From positions 2,329 to 66,328 of the IMG/VR virus record IMGVR_UViG_3300029188_000196: a stretch of DNA of 64,000 nucleotides; one strand, 5' to 3'. This DNA is from a virus. How positions within the stretch are numbered: the stretch's first letter is position 1; each line of letters begins with the position of its first letter. A program made the position numbers and the translations under genes. Below the pieces are notes generated by a model. It ran no database searches. It was not told where the DNA came from and worked only from the letters and a program-made list of their open reading frames with translations. Positions 18,601-27,491 of this stretch are shown one piece after another.

Positions 18601-18933
18601 CTTATCCATCTCGGACTTACTGGCCACAACAGCACTGTTTGCGGCATCGACCTTCTGAGTGATATCCGCCACATCCTGTGCGGTCATCTTGCGCAGGGTG
18701 GCCACATCTGCTGCAGTATTCTGGCGGTACAGAGCCATCTGCTCCGAGAACCGAGAACACATCGCCCAGTATTCCTCCTGTGACAAAAGCGTTCCGGCCG
18801 GCACAGGTTTCCGGCTGAGATAGCTGTCACCCGTTGCTTCCTCATATACAATCGTAAGAGGCTCATACTCTTTTGCTTTGTCCCAGATACCATCATGGCG
18901 AGGGACGATTCGGTTTCCGATATATTTCGACAT
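15691..18933 (-). CDS. Tail fibre / receptor-binding protein with tandem duplicated beta domains and C-terminal SGNH/GDSL hydrolase domain
   Basis: C-terminal 'ICICGDSLVDNGS...DYFLIALGTNDVS' has the GDS(L) and GTND SGNH esterase motifs. An internal domain of about 150 aa is duplicated (residues ~425-572 and ~603-722; 'ILAYDSSKDQINLYNT...YKAGELF' versus 'ILAYDAGTRTINLYDT...YKAGNLF'). Start at 18933 with a GGGG RBS. Confidence 0.7.
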   Translation of the reverse strand: MSKYIGNRIVPRHDGIWDKAKEYEPLTIVYEEATGDSYLSRKPVPAGTLLSQEEYWAMCSRFSEQMALYRQNTAADVATLRKMTAQDVADITQKVDAANSAVVASKSEMDKTAETLKAQINANVKASTDKNANYAQELVDARVDNTGKTYGTAGENVRAIGRVRSMQNIMKNWVIKNGFVNQYGRLASSEGWRAAYMVPVSGGAILVDGEFGYMSGRDDYNNMVCYDMDRKFLGGCFRAESGKVYDNYVITLLPNTRFISVTTNEKLFSKLSVYLYDNMLPLRLLSNYATGWQWMNGSVDIRLTGSKVTVTFPEGKSVYVCRRTNGTQYEQTKLVAENSISADFAVVGKWWAIYYDGAEVSADETGEKTEVPVIKVENTSGDSWGDLFTRGRFVFAVFFDWNVVYAAPSSSGTVINGIDYGNPAKIANTAMTQHKYRSAKMFLSTGQFAIDTVNRTIQVTKRILAVVDNGAYYWISASEEPVPMLDSTEAEKNHMLILAYDSSKDQINLYNTAQYRALGVNGYYIAAWYEKHFWYPHMGSSFSIVLDGTTYKAGELFDEERRDSYIEKKYEDRFQQLRTDLAGKDSRHMYLASGGITIDQNAGTIQVSTKCLGVPDTFHYEWITAGDPVEMAFNTPSSTFGMPMRILAYDAGTRTINLYDTSLFRKLGTNGFYIASWYQSKLYNPHIHPDVKFIVGGKEYKAGNLFADNEASFIPKRITDYVQRAITPAVEDDIVTPSHWDCMEGRQLSIFFDCLSRHDGKENLYVLARGTNAPSLTRNEYCMNYTPTKDSTDFALTVRRLDEEDCHTVSSKPVQVRVHHKLKDKLTKNICICGDSLVDNGSVATEVYRLLAEDNDCVIHPLGTRGPEGGKHEGRGSWTFARYLADTDYAGKTNAFWDKIKGRLDFQKYCETNGYEGIDYFLIALGTNDVSQGTTLYRTEAEVQKFVDQAKQFIDALLDKETGFPNCKIGIGLCGPGSDYSYQCGASMGIFHMSINTLNLALIKAFDAGKYHKNVTCFAHGLRTDRRLAFPYSDKPVTNRFTETSRTLTNSIHPSARGYQAWADGYYCQIRAWLTEDSSS

Positions 18934-18955
18934 ATTTTCCCCTTTCCCGGCCGCA

Positions 18956-19624
18956 TTAGCCGTTTGCAAACTCTACGATCAGCCGCCCATTACCATCCAT
19001 GGAAAAGATGAGTTTCAGACCATCTTCGGTACTAAAGGCAAGATAACCATCATCCGTGACCGTACAGTTCAAAAGATTCTCGATGAATTTCTGGATGGTG
19101 CTGGATTCCGACTTGTCACTGAAGCCGAGTCCGTCCTCCGACACAACGGCAAAATAGCCATCGTCCGTGATATACACTTCCAGCAGTCCCTGGCGGATGG
19201 CTTCCACAACACCGGCGTAGGTATAAGTGGCGATCTTGCCGTTGTTGATGGCTGCCCGCTCCACCTTCAGCGTGAGGGAGAACGACCCAAGGACATCCCC
19301 TGCTGTGCTGAGCATAACAACATCCAGTGGAAAACACCCTGCCTGTGCGGTCATGAAGGTCGTGATCGTAAAGATGACCGCCCCATTTTCAACAAACACA
19401 AGGTCGGATGCCGTCTCGCTGGTGTAATGGAATATTGTGCCGTCCGGTCTGGTACCGGAGCAGGCAACGATGCAGTCCTGCGGCACGGAATACTGTACCG
19501 AGTTGTTATACAGGACACATCTGACTTTCCGTGCCCTGTTATCATATTGTTTGACCGGGACTATCACCGGGATCAGATTCTCCGTCAGTGACAGCTCCAC
19601 TTCCTGATAAATGCTTGTGATCAT
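18956..19624 (-). CDS. Putative tail/baseplate-associated structural protein
   Basis: The likely start is ATG at 19624 with GGAGGG 9 nt upstream. The Arg-rich N-terminal extension in the ORF track is read-through of the upstream gene. Its position between Tal and the tail fibre suggests a structural role. Confidence 0.4.
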   Translation of the reverse strand: MITSIYQEVELSLTENLIPVIVPVKQYDNRARKVRCVLYNNSVQYSVPQDCIVACSGTRPDGTIFHYTSETASDLVFVENGAVIFTITTFMTAQAGCFPLDVVMLSTAGDVLGSFSLTLKVERAAINNGKIATYTYAGVVEAIRQGLLEVYITDDGYFAVVSEDGLGFSDKSESSTIQKFIENLLNCTVTDDGYLAFSTEDGLKLIFSMDGNGRLIVEFANG

Positions 19625-21584
19625 TACGCGCTCCCTCCTGATCGGTCTTCTTATCCTCTGTTTCTTCTTTATTCCCATTATCTTTCTCTTCGGTGTCCGG
19701 GTTCTCCGGCTCCGGCTGTTCCGGTTCCGTTGGTGTAGTCGGTTCCGTTGGCTGTTCCGGCTCATAGCCAATGGTCTGCCACTGTTCTCCATCCCAGAGC
19801 TTTAACCGAAGGTTCTTCTTATCGATCCAGAGCGTATCTGCTGCCAGGGCCTCCGGTGCGGTTTCCGATACCGGGATACTCGGCTGGTACTTTTCATCCA
19901 GTTCTTTTTCAACCTCTTCCGACAGCTTCTTCGCCGCACTGTATCTCTCGTCCAACTCCTTTTGCAGATCTTCTGAGATTTCCGTAAGGGTGCCATACCG
20001 CTTATCCAGTTCCTCATACAGCTCTATGGACAGCTTTTTGGCAGTTTCGTACCGCTGATCGAGTGTTTTCTGAAGCTCGGCAGAGATAGCGGTCGCTGTT
20101 TTGTACCGCTCATCCAGTTCCTTCAGCAGCTCCTCGGAAAGCTCCGTGGCTTTCTTATAGCGGTCATCCAGTTCCTTGAGGGTCTGTTCCAGCAGGATCG
20201 CTGTCCTGACTGCCGTGTCATCCGACTCCCAGCCATAGCTCCACGTCTTACCGCCATCCGTGGATACAAACAGTCCGGCAGAGCTGTTCTTCCATGCGAC
20301 CGTGGACTGTTTCAAAGTCGCCGCATTGAATGCATACCGGGTCGTGTTTCCCTTGCTGTCCGTCTCATTTTTATAATGAAGGCCAAATAGCGCAGCAAAA
20401 AGCGCACCGTCATAAATAATAGATGCTGTGATCCCACCGACCTGCTCCCCCACTGCTGTCTCCGCACGGACTGCCGTATCGTAGGCAATCGTTGCTGTAT
20501 TCCGGATGCTGTTGAGCGAACCGGTCAGAGAAGAATTCCGGCTGCTGACCGTGGAGTTTGAGAGCGTGATGCTGTTATAACGTTCCAGCAGCGCATCATA
20601 CTCGGTCTCGGTGACTTTGGAACTGACCTCAATGCCCAGCTTTGAGATATACACATGGACCGTATCACAAAGGGAAACACGCTCTGCTTCCACAATGTCC
20701 TCATACCCCGGCGTATTCCAGAGCTGTAAAAAGTCGATCTTGATGTCGATCTCCGGCTCCGTTAAGTCCGTGGTGTCGATATAGTTCTGTGCGTATTCCC
20801 GGAGTGCCGCTTCACTCGGCTTTTCCTGAAAATTACTGGTACAGTCCAGCACGGTGATCTTCTGGTAGGGGATCGACCGTTTGCTTTGCAGCACCACCTT
20901 CTCCGGCAGTTCCATGACCGCCTGGGTTTCATTATCCACCCAGTACGGATGCACACCAGTGATTGTGTTCTCGATAGATTTTTCCATCTTGAAATCCGTC
21001 AGGTTCTTACCGTAGATGATGTGGACGTTATGGTCGGCACCTCTTGCCTTATGGAACCTGACCGTATACCGGTCCCACTCGAATTCACCGCCAAAAACAT
21101 CCAGAACTGACCCTGCCATACCTCCAAGGCAGTTTCGGAAGGAAGATGGAACCCCAAGCGTAAAAGTCGCGCTGGATTCCACATCCGTCCAGACATTAAA
21201 CGGACAGTCAGAAGCCGCATGGCTTTTCAACCCCTGCATTGCCCCGACACAGCCAGTCACTGAAAAAGACGATACCGTGATAAAGTTGAGCTGGTAGGAA
21301 ATATGCCGTGCCTGCACCTCCAGCTTTCCGTCAATGGGAGTAGTGATCTTGTAGATACGGAACGGCTGAGACTGCATGGTATCGGATGGCTTGGCAAGGA
21401 TGATATTCCCCTCCTCCAGCATCTCTGCATGGATGCCATCTGCCGGACAGATGAGTTTCAGCTCATAGCTTCCGTTTCTCTTTTCCGTTACGGTACAGGA
21501 CTGTGCATCTGCCAGCTTTCCGATGCCGTTATGGTCAAATCTCATTTCTCTGGAATCATATAAACATGGGATCACTGGCTGCAC
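19542..21584 (-). CDS. Tail-associated lysin / Tal-like tail tip protein (prophage tail endopeptidase family) with C-terminal coiled-coil repeats
   Basis: Located after Dit. The N-terminal ~350 aa are typical of siphovirus tail endopeptidase. The C-terminus carries six 18-aa 'ELDxRYxxAxxLSEEL' repeats and a Pro/Glu/Thr-rich tail. Confidence 0.7.
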   Translation of the reverse strand: MQPVIPCLYDSREMRFDHNGIGKLADAQSCTVTEKRNGSYELKLICPADGIHAEMLEEGNIILAKPSDTMQSQPFRIYKITTPIDGKLEVQARHISYQLNFITVSSFSVTGCVGAMQGLKSHAASDCPFNVWTDVESSATFTLGVPSSFRNCLGGMAGSVLDVFGGEFEWDRYTVRFHKARGADHNVHIIYGKNLTDFKMEKSIENTITGVHPYWVDNETQAVMELPEKVVLQSKRSIPYQKITVLDCTSNFQEKPSEAALREYAQNYIDTTDLTEPEIDIKIDFLQLWNTPGYEDIVEAERVSLCDTVHVYISKLGIEVSSKVTETEYDALLERYNSITLSNSTVSSRNSSLTGSLNSIRNTATIAYDTAVRAETAVGEQVGGITASIIYDGALFAALFGLHYKNETDSKGNTTRYAFNAATLKQSTVAWKNSSAGLFVSTDGGKTWSYGWESDDTAVRTAILLEQTLKELDDRYKKATELSEELLKELDERYKTATAISAELQKTLDQRYETAKKLSIELYEELDKRYGTLTEISEDLQKELDERYSAAKKLSEEVEKELDEKYQPSIPVSETAPEALAADTLWIDKKNLRLKLWDGEQWQTIGYEPEQPTEPTTPTEPEQPEPENPDTEEKDNGNKEETEDKKTDQEGARNDHKHLSGSGAVTDGESDPGDSPGQTI

Positions 21585-21591
21585 CTCCCTC

Positions 21592-22374
21592 TTACAGCGT
21601 CCACCAGCGTGGAGTCACCTCCACCGCCGTGATACCGCCTGTCCATGTGATCTGTGTCTTTCCTTCCGGCAGTTCCGGGAAATCATCCGAAAGGATTGTC
21701 TCATTGCAGAAGCCGGAAGCGTTGTAGGCATTGTGCGTCTCACAGTTGAGCAGCACATAGTCCTGAATGCTGTGGATCGTAATCTTTTGTTCTCCCACAT
21801 ACAGCTCACCACCGCTGTCTCCGTAAACCTTGAAGATGGGCTGTGCCGGAAAAGCAAAGGGGTTCTTTAAGGTCGACCTGCCATCCAGCCGGATCACCCT
21901 CTGCCCATCCACGCTCCACCTCTGGGGCTTACAGTTGAATGTCAGCTCCATCTCAGCGGCTTTCTGGGCGGTGATATCAAAGGCAAGGGCATCCTTGCAG
22001 ACCGCCATCCGGAAAAAATCCGGATCGTAGGTATCCTGCAATTTCTGATACCCGATCGGAGATAACAGCCACGCCTTGACCGCTGCTGTCTTGGCTGGCA
22101 GACCATTGAAGAAAAATGCCTTATATTTGATATCCACGTTCTGATATCTGCGCCTGCCTGTTCTTGCATTCTCGGTGATGATATCCCCGTTCCTGCCGGG
22201 TACGGAGGTGCTCTCCACATCCGCAGCCGGGGAATCATACACACCGGGGCCAGACAAATATAATAGGAAGTCCTTACTGGACTTCCCGGCAAAGGACAGA
22301 TACTGTCTGGCGTATCTGCCTTTAAGCTGAAACTGTGATACTGTCTGCTTTGGGGCATTGTAGCCCATACGCAT
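21592..22374 (-). CDS. Distal tail protein (Dit, Sipho_tail family)
   Basis: 260 aa, immediately downstream of the TMP, conserved synteny. 'FFFNG...AFDITAQKAAEMELTFNCKPQRW' beta-sandwich-like region. Confidence 0.75.
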   Translation of the reverse strand: MRMGYNAPKQTVSQFQLKGRYARQYLSFAGKSSKDFLLYLSGPGVYDSPAADVESTSVPGRNGDIITENARTGRRRYQNVDIKYKAFFFNGLPAKTAAVKAWLLSPIGYQKLQDTYDPDFFRMAVCKDALAFDITAQKAAEMELTFNCKPQRWSVDGQRVIRLDGRSTLKNPFAFPAQPIFKVYGDSGGELYVGEQKITIHSIQDYVLLNCETHNAYNASGFCNETILSDDFPELPEGKTQITWTGGITAVEVTPRWWTL

Positions 22375-22383
22375 CTACCTCCT

Positions 22384-25300
22384 TTACTTGAAGACCGAAT
22401 CATCCTCGTGGATCATGCCGTTGATCTTATCGGCAACGGTCTGTGCGAGTTCATCATCGTTCCGGGCATTGTAGCCATTGACCGTGATATACACACCGCC
22501 AAGGTTGGTCGTCCGGGTGGTGCCGCCTCCGGCCAGAGCCGCCTGCGGGAAGTTCCAGCCAGAGCCATCGAAGTGCGGCAGGGTCAGTTCCGGCAGGCTG
22601 AAGGAACTGATGCCCTCCATTCCCTGCTGTACCTTTGCTGCCATCGACCTGATCTGGCTGATCAGTCCGCCCTCGCCTTTCTTGATGCCACCGGAAAGCA
22701 GTTTCATAAAGTCGGGCATATAGGTGTCCGCATCTGCCAGAGGTCCTTCATCCGGCACAGAGAAGTGCAGGAACGAACGGATACCGCTTGCCACACTCTT
22801 GACCGCATTGCCGACCCAGCTCACACCCTTCTTGATGCCTCCTGCAATGCCGCCAACGATGTCCTTGCCCCAGCTGACTGCCGAGGAAGCCACGTTCTTG
22901 ATACCGCCCCAGATGGACGATGCCACGTTGCCAATAGCAGATGCCGCATTGGAGATTCCGTTCTTGATGGCGTTTATTCCATTCGAGAATACCGAAGTGA
23001 CCTTGTTCCAGATATTTGTGACACCTTCCCGGAAGCCATCGCAGTTTTTCCAGAGAGCGGTCAGTCCAAGACCGATGCCGCCAACGGCTGCCACTGCGAT
23101 ACCTGCAGGACCCGCCAAACCAGCAAGTGCCGTGCCTGCGGATGCGAGGAAACCACCTGCGGAGCTTGCTACCCCTGCAAGGGCTGTACCTGCACCAGCA
23201 GCCAGGCCGGATACGGTCGTACCCACAGAACCGAGCAGACCGGAAAGCGTTGTGCCGACTGTCCCGGCAATACCGCCCAGCGAAGAACCGATAGACGATA
23301 CGATGCCGGAAAGACTACCGCCTAAGCCGCCGATCTTCGATACCACACCAGAGAGCAGTCCGCCCAGATTCGACAGGATTCCCCCACCGCTGGAGCCAAG
23401 GCTTCCCAGCTTCGAGATGATGCCGGAGATTCCCTCTCCCAGACCGCCCATTTTGGAGGTCAGTCCGGAGATCAGATTGCCAAAGTTCGACACGATCTGA
23501 CCGCCATCTGCACTGCCGATTTTTGACAGGAAACTGCCGATGTTGGATAACAGACCACCGCCGTTCTCTGTACCGAGGACATTGCCGAGGTTCTGCATGG
23601 TATCACCAATGTTTCCGATGGTGCTCTTCATGGAACCAAGCTTGTCCACAAGCCCCGTGACCGTATTGACCGTATCGCCGACTTTGCTGATACCATTGCC
23701 CAGACTCTTTAAGAAATCCGAGTTGAAAGTATCGCCAAGGCTTCGGATCGAATTTCCAAGGGAACTGGTCTGAGAACTCAGCTCGCCAATGGAAGATTTC
23801 ATGTCCGCAAAACCCTGCTTTACTTCATCACTCATGCCGCCGACTGCGGTTTTGGTGATGCCCTGCAAGTCTGTCCAGAGCTGTTGAAACTGTGTTTTCA
23901 CACCGGAAAGGCCAGACATCAACTGAGTCTGGATACTACTGCCAACGCTCCGTGCAGCCGAACCGATTCCGCTCTGGTTTCTGCTGATTGTTGCAGCAAA
24001 GCCCCCGACCACCGAATCCATCCAGTCTCCCAGAGAATTCACAGGGGTCGTAAGGTTATTGCTCATTGACCCAGCCAGACCTTTCACGGCTTTAACTACA
24101 ACTTTTACATTTTTCTTGATACCACTTGCCAGCAGCTTCATAAAGTCTGGCATATACTCATCGGCATCGGACAGCGGACCTTCATCTGGCACTGAGAAGT
24201 GCATGACGGAACGAATCTTATCCGCAACACCATTGATGGCACTTGTCACCTCTCCGATCTTCGACTGAATGCCAGAAACGATATTCCCGATAATATCCGC
24301 ACCCCAAGAGAAAGCCTGACTTGCCAGCCCCTTGATATACGCAACTGCGCTGTTGAACCCTGCTTCAATTGCGGAACGAATGTTTCCGACCGTACTTATG
24401 ATGCCACTATGCATAGCAGTGAAAGCACTGATTGCCGCATCCCTTGCGCTGTTGCTGAAAGAAGTAACCGCAGTCTTTGCCGCATTCCACCCAGCAGAAA
24501 TTGTGGACTGGATCGTAGCGGTAACGGACGAAATCGTACTGCTGATGCCGGTCCAGATGGAAGAAACAGTGGACTGGATTGCAGAAAGGACCGTCGAGAT
24601 GACTGTCTTGATCGCATTCCATACCGTGCTCATCTGGGTCTGGATGCCAATCAGCAGCGGAGATAGGAACGATACAATGGCGTTCCACACCGTAGTCACT
24701 GCGGTCTGGATCGCAGTCAACGCGGTGGAGATCGCGGTCTGGATGGCTGTCCAAATCGTAGAGAAAGTTGTTTGCAATCCGGTCAAAATCGGCGTTATAA
24801 ATGCAACGATGGCGTTCCAGATGGAAGTGATTTTCGTCTGGATTGCGGTCAATGCCGCACCGATCAGGATTTGTATTGCCTGCCAGATGGTCTCAAACAA
24901 ATATTTGAACGCATCCAACAGAGGTTTCATGGTGTTATAGATGCCATTCCACACCGAAGTGATGGTCGTGCTGATGGTATTCATGACCGTAGTGATCGCG
25001 GTCGAGATCGCCGTCCACACAGTTGTCACCGTGGTATGGATCGTATTCAGCACGGAAGAAACTGCTGTAGAAATGGCAGTCCAGATGGTGCTGAAGGTCG
25101 TCTGGATACTCGTAAGGACAGTCGTAAAGAAACTCGAAACTGCTGTAAATACTGTCGTTGCCACACTCTGGATAGCGGAAACTGTGTTTGAAAAGAAGCT
25201 GCTGATTCCGCTCCACACGGTCTCGAAGAAGCTCTTGATACTGCCCCAGACCGTCTGCCAGTCTGTCCCAAACAGACCGAGGAACACATCCAGTGCGCTC

Positions 25301-27375
25301 TTTAGTGCGGTAAGCGTCGTGGAGAATACAGACTTCACACCTTCCCAGATGCTGGCGAAGATTTCCTTTACCGCTTCCCATGCACCGCTCCAATTGCCGG
25401 AGAACACATTGGAAAAGACATCGAACAGACCGAGCAGCGTATCCAGAACCGTACTCAATACCGTAGCCATAATCTGGAATGCTCCCTCGAACAGCGGTGC
25501 AAGCACCTGACAGAAGCCATCCCAGACGGCTTTCAGTACCTCAGTGACATCCTTAAAATCAAAGCCCAGCCCGTTGATCCGCTGTGTCAGCTGGTCGCAG
25601 AAGCCTTTCACCTTGGAAACAATGTCGTTCCAGATGCCGGTAATGGCAGTGCGGAACTCCTCGTTGGTGTTCCAGAGGTTCATGAACGCCGCCACCAGCG
25701 TACCGATGACCGCCACCACTGCTACGACCGGCCCGGACAGACCACCCAGAACCACACCCAGCTTGCTGAACACACCGCTGGCACTGCCCACATGGGTGAT
25801 GAGAAGCCGGACACCCTTTGCAAGAGAACTGAATCCCCGCATCGCTGTGCCGACGGTCGATATGGTCTTGCCCAGCACAATAAGCAACGGACCAATGGAT
25901 GCCGCCAGAAGTCCGATCTTGATGATCGTTTCCCTGGTGCTTTCATCCATGCTGTTCAGCTTGTCCACGAACTGCTGCACGGCAGATACGATCTTGCGGA
26001 TGGTGGGCATCAGGATATCGCCAAAAGAAATAGCCAGCTCCTCCAGCTGAGATTTCAGGATGGTAAGCTGACCATTTAAATTGTCCTGCATGGTCTCTGC
26101 CATGCTCTCGGATGCGCCATCGCAGTTTTCAATGGCACCACGCAGTTTGTTGATGTCCGTCTCGCTGGAATTCATCAGGGCAAGGAAACCGGACATGGCA
26201 TTCTTACCGACCAGTGCCTCTGCGTTGGCTGCCTTCTCAGATTCCGACAGCCCGGAGAATGCCACACGGCAGTCCGCAAGGATGTCGTTTAGGCTTCTCA
26301 TGCTGCCATCTGCGTTGCTGGTCGCAATCGTGACCTCACCGATGTTTTTACCAACATAGGTCACTTCACCGGAAAGGTTGTTCATGATGGTACGAAGGGA
26401 AGTACCAGCCTGAGAAGCCTTGATACCACTGTTTGCCATCAGACCGATGGCTTCTGCGGTATCCTCTGCCGAGAACCCCAGTGCACCGGCAATAGGCGCA
26501 CAGTACTTGAACGTCTCGCCCATCATGGAGACATTGGTGTTCGCATTGGAAGAAGCGGCCGCAAGGATATCTGCAAAATGCCCGGAATCTGCCGCAGACA
26601 AACCGAAAGCTGTGAGGGCATCCGTAACGATATCCGAAGTCGTAGCGAGGTCTTCACCGGATGCCGCCGCAAGGTTCATGATACCTTCGATACCGTTCAG
26701 CATGTCGGAGGTCTTCCATCCGGCCATGGTCATATACTCCATCGCCGAAGCTGCCTCGGATGCAGAGAACTTGGTCTTTGCACCCATCTCACGGGCTTTC
26801 GCACGAAGCTGGTCGAAGTCATCCCCGGTCGCACCGGAAATGGCAGAGACCTTGCTCATCTCGGAATCGAAATCTGCTGCAGTCTTCACTGCAGCAGTGC
26901 CAAGACCCGTTACAGCGGCAGTCACCGGCAGGAACTTCTTACCGACATTCTCCACAGAAGATCCAATGTTCTGGAGCTTTTCTCCGGCTTCATCGATTTT
27001 GGCAAGAGTCGCATTCGTGGTCGCCGCCTGGTCCTGTAAGGATCGCAGATTCTGTTCAGTCTCCACGATCTCACGCTGGAGAGCATCGTACTGCTGCTGG
27101 GTGATCTCACCGTTGGCAAGCTGCTCATTAGCCTGCTGTGCGGCAGTCTTCAGCGTTGCCAGCTTTTCCTTGGTGGCTTCAATGGCATCCTTGAGCATCT
27201 TTTGCTTCTGGACGACCAGTTCTGTATTGGAGGGGTCCAACTTCAGGAGTTTGTTGACATCCTTCAGTCCGGACTGCGTCCCCTTGATTGACTTGTTTAC
27301 ACTTTCCAGTGCTTTGGAGAGCTTTGTGGTATCGCCGCCGATCTCAACGGTGATGCCCTGGATTCTGGATGCCAT
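22384..27375 (-). CDS. Tail tape measure protein (about 1660 aa)
   Basis: N-terminal TMP helical region ('KLDPSNTELVVQKQKMLKDAIEATKEKLATLKTAAQQ'). Long internal T/V/W-rich repeats ('STIWTAIQTAISTALTAIQTAVTTVWNAIVSF...'). Gly/Ser-rich tract. Duplicated 'HFSVPDEGPL(S/A)DAD(E/T)YMPDFMKLL' modules. Start at 27375 with AAGGAGGTGG RBS. Confidence 0.9.
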   Translation of the reverse strand: MASRIQGITVEIGGDTTKLSKALESVNKSIKGTQSGLKDVNKLLKLDPSNTELVVQKQKMLKDAIEATKEKLATLKTAAQQANEQLANGEITQQQYDALQREIVETEQNLRSLQDQAATTNATLAKIDEAGEKLQNIGSSVENVGKKFLPVTAAVTGLGTAAVKTAADFDSEMSKVSAISGATGDDFDQLRAKAREMGAKTKFSASEAASAMEYMTMAGWKTSDMLNGIEGIMNLAAASGEDLATTSDIVTDALTAFGLSAADSGHFADILAAASSNANTNVSMMGETFKYCAPIAGALGFSAEDTAEAIGLMANSGIKASQAGTSLRTIMNNLSGEVTYVGKNIGEVTIATSNADGSMRSLNDILADCRVAFSGLSESEKAANAEALVGKNAMSGFLALMNSSETDINKLRGAIENCDGASESMAETMQDNLNGQLTILKSQLEELAISFGDILMPTIRKIVSAVQQFVDKLNSMDESTRETIIKIGLLAASIGPLLIVLGKTISTVGTAMRGFSSLAKGVRLLITHVGSASGVFSKLGVVLGGLSGPVVAVVAVIGTLVAAFMNLWNTNEEFRTAITGIWNDIVSKVKGFCDQLTQRINGLGFDFKDVTEVLKAVWDGFCQVLAPLFEGAFQIMATVLSTVLDTLLGLFDVFSNVFSGNWSGAWEAVKEIFASIWEGVKSVFSTTLTALKSALDVFLGLFGTDWQTVWGSIKSFFETVWSGISSFFSNTVSAIQSVATTVFTAVSSFFTTVLTSIQTTFSTIWTAISTAVSSVLNTIHTTVTTVWTAISTAITTVMNTISTTITSVWNGIYNTMKPLLDAFKYLFETIWQAIQILIGAALTAIQTKITSIWNAIVAFITPILTGLQTTFSTIWTAIQTAISTALTAIQTAVTTVWNAIVSFLSPLLIGIQTQMSTVWNAIKTVISTVLSAIQSTVSSIWTGISSTISSVTATIQSTISAGWNAAKTAVTSFSNSARDAAISAFTAMHSGIISTVGNIRSAIEAGFNSAVAYIKGLASQAFSWGADIIGNIVSGIQSKIGEVTSAINGVADKIRSVMHFSVPDEGPLSDADEYMPDFMKLLASGIKKNVKVVVKAVKGLAGSMSNNLTTPVNSLGDWMDSVVGGFAATISRNQSGIGSAARSVGSSIQTQLMSGLSGVKTQFQQLWTDLQGITKTAVGGMSDEVKQGFADMKSSIGELSSQTSSLGNSIRSLGDTFNSDFLKSLGNGISKVGDTVNTVTGLVDKLGSMKSTIGNIGDTMQNLGNVLGTENGGGLLSNIGSFLSKIGSADGGQIVSNFGNLISGLTSKMGGLGEGISGIISKLGSLGSSGGGILSNLGGLLSGVVSKIGGLGGSLSGIVSSIGSSLGGIAGTVGTTLSGLLGSVGTTVSGLAAGAGTALAGVASSAGGFLASAGTALAGLAGPAGIAVAAVGGIGLGLTALWKNCDGFREGVTNIWNKVTSVFSNGINAIKNGISNAASAIGNVASSIWGGIKNVASSAVSWGKDIVGGIAGGIKKGVSWVGNAVKSVASGIRSFLHFSVPDEGPLADADTYMPDFMKLLSGGIKKGEGGLISQIRSMAAKVQQGMEGISSFSLPELTLPHFDGSGWNFPQAALAGGGTTRTTNLGGVYITVNGYNARNDDELAQTVADKINGMIHEDDSVFK

Positions 27376-27400
27376 TTGCGTAACCACCTCCTTGCAGGCA

Positions 27401-27479
27401 TGAAAAAAGCCCATCTGCACGGAGCAGACAGGCTAAAAAATGGGTATAAAAATACCCTGCCAGCTTTCACCAGCAGGGT
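27401..27479 (-). terminator. Two tandem rho-independent terminators between the ATPase moron and the TMP gene
   Basis: On the minus strand, ACCCTGCTGGTGAAAGCTGGCAGGGT + ATTTTTAT, then CCCAT...ATGGG + CTTTTTTCA directly before the TMP RBS. Confidence 0.55.
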
Positions 27480-27491
27480 TGATTAGAATTT

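Noticed and set aside
23100-25300. Possible CRISPR-like or other short periodic repeats
   Set aside because: The periodicity is in-frame coding repetition inside the tape measure gene (Gly/Ser and W/T/V repeats). It lacks the spacer/repeat architecture of CRISPR, and no cas genes are present.
22408-27403. Several long plus-strand ORFs (305, 258, 327 aa and more) rich in Pro/Ala/Thr
   Set aside because: They are antisense to the repetitive, GC-rich tape measure gene. Low-complexity antisense frames stay open by chance, and none has an RBS.
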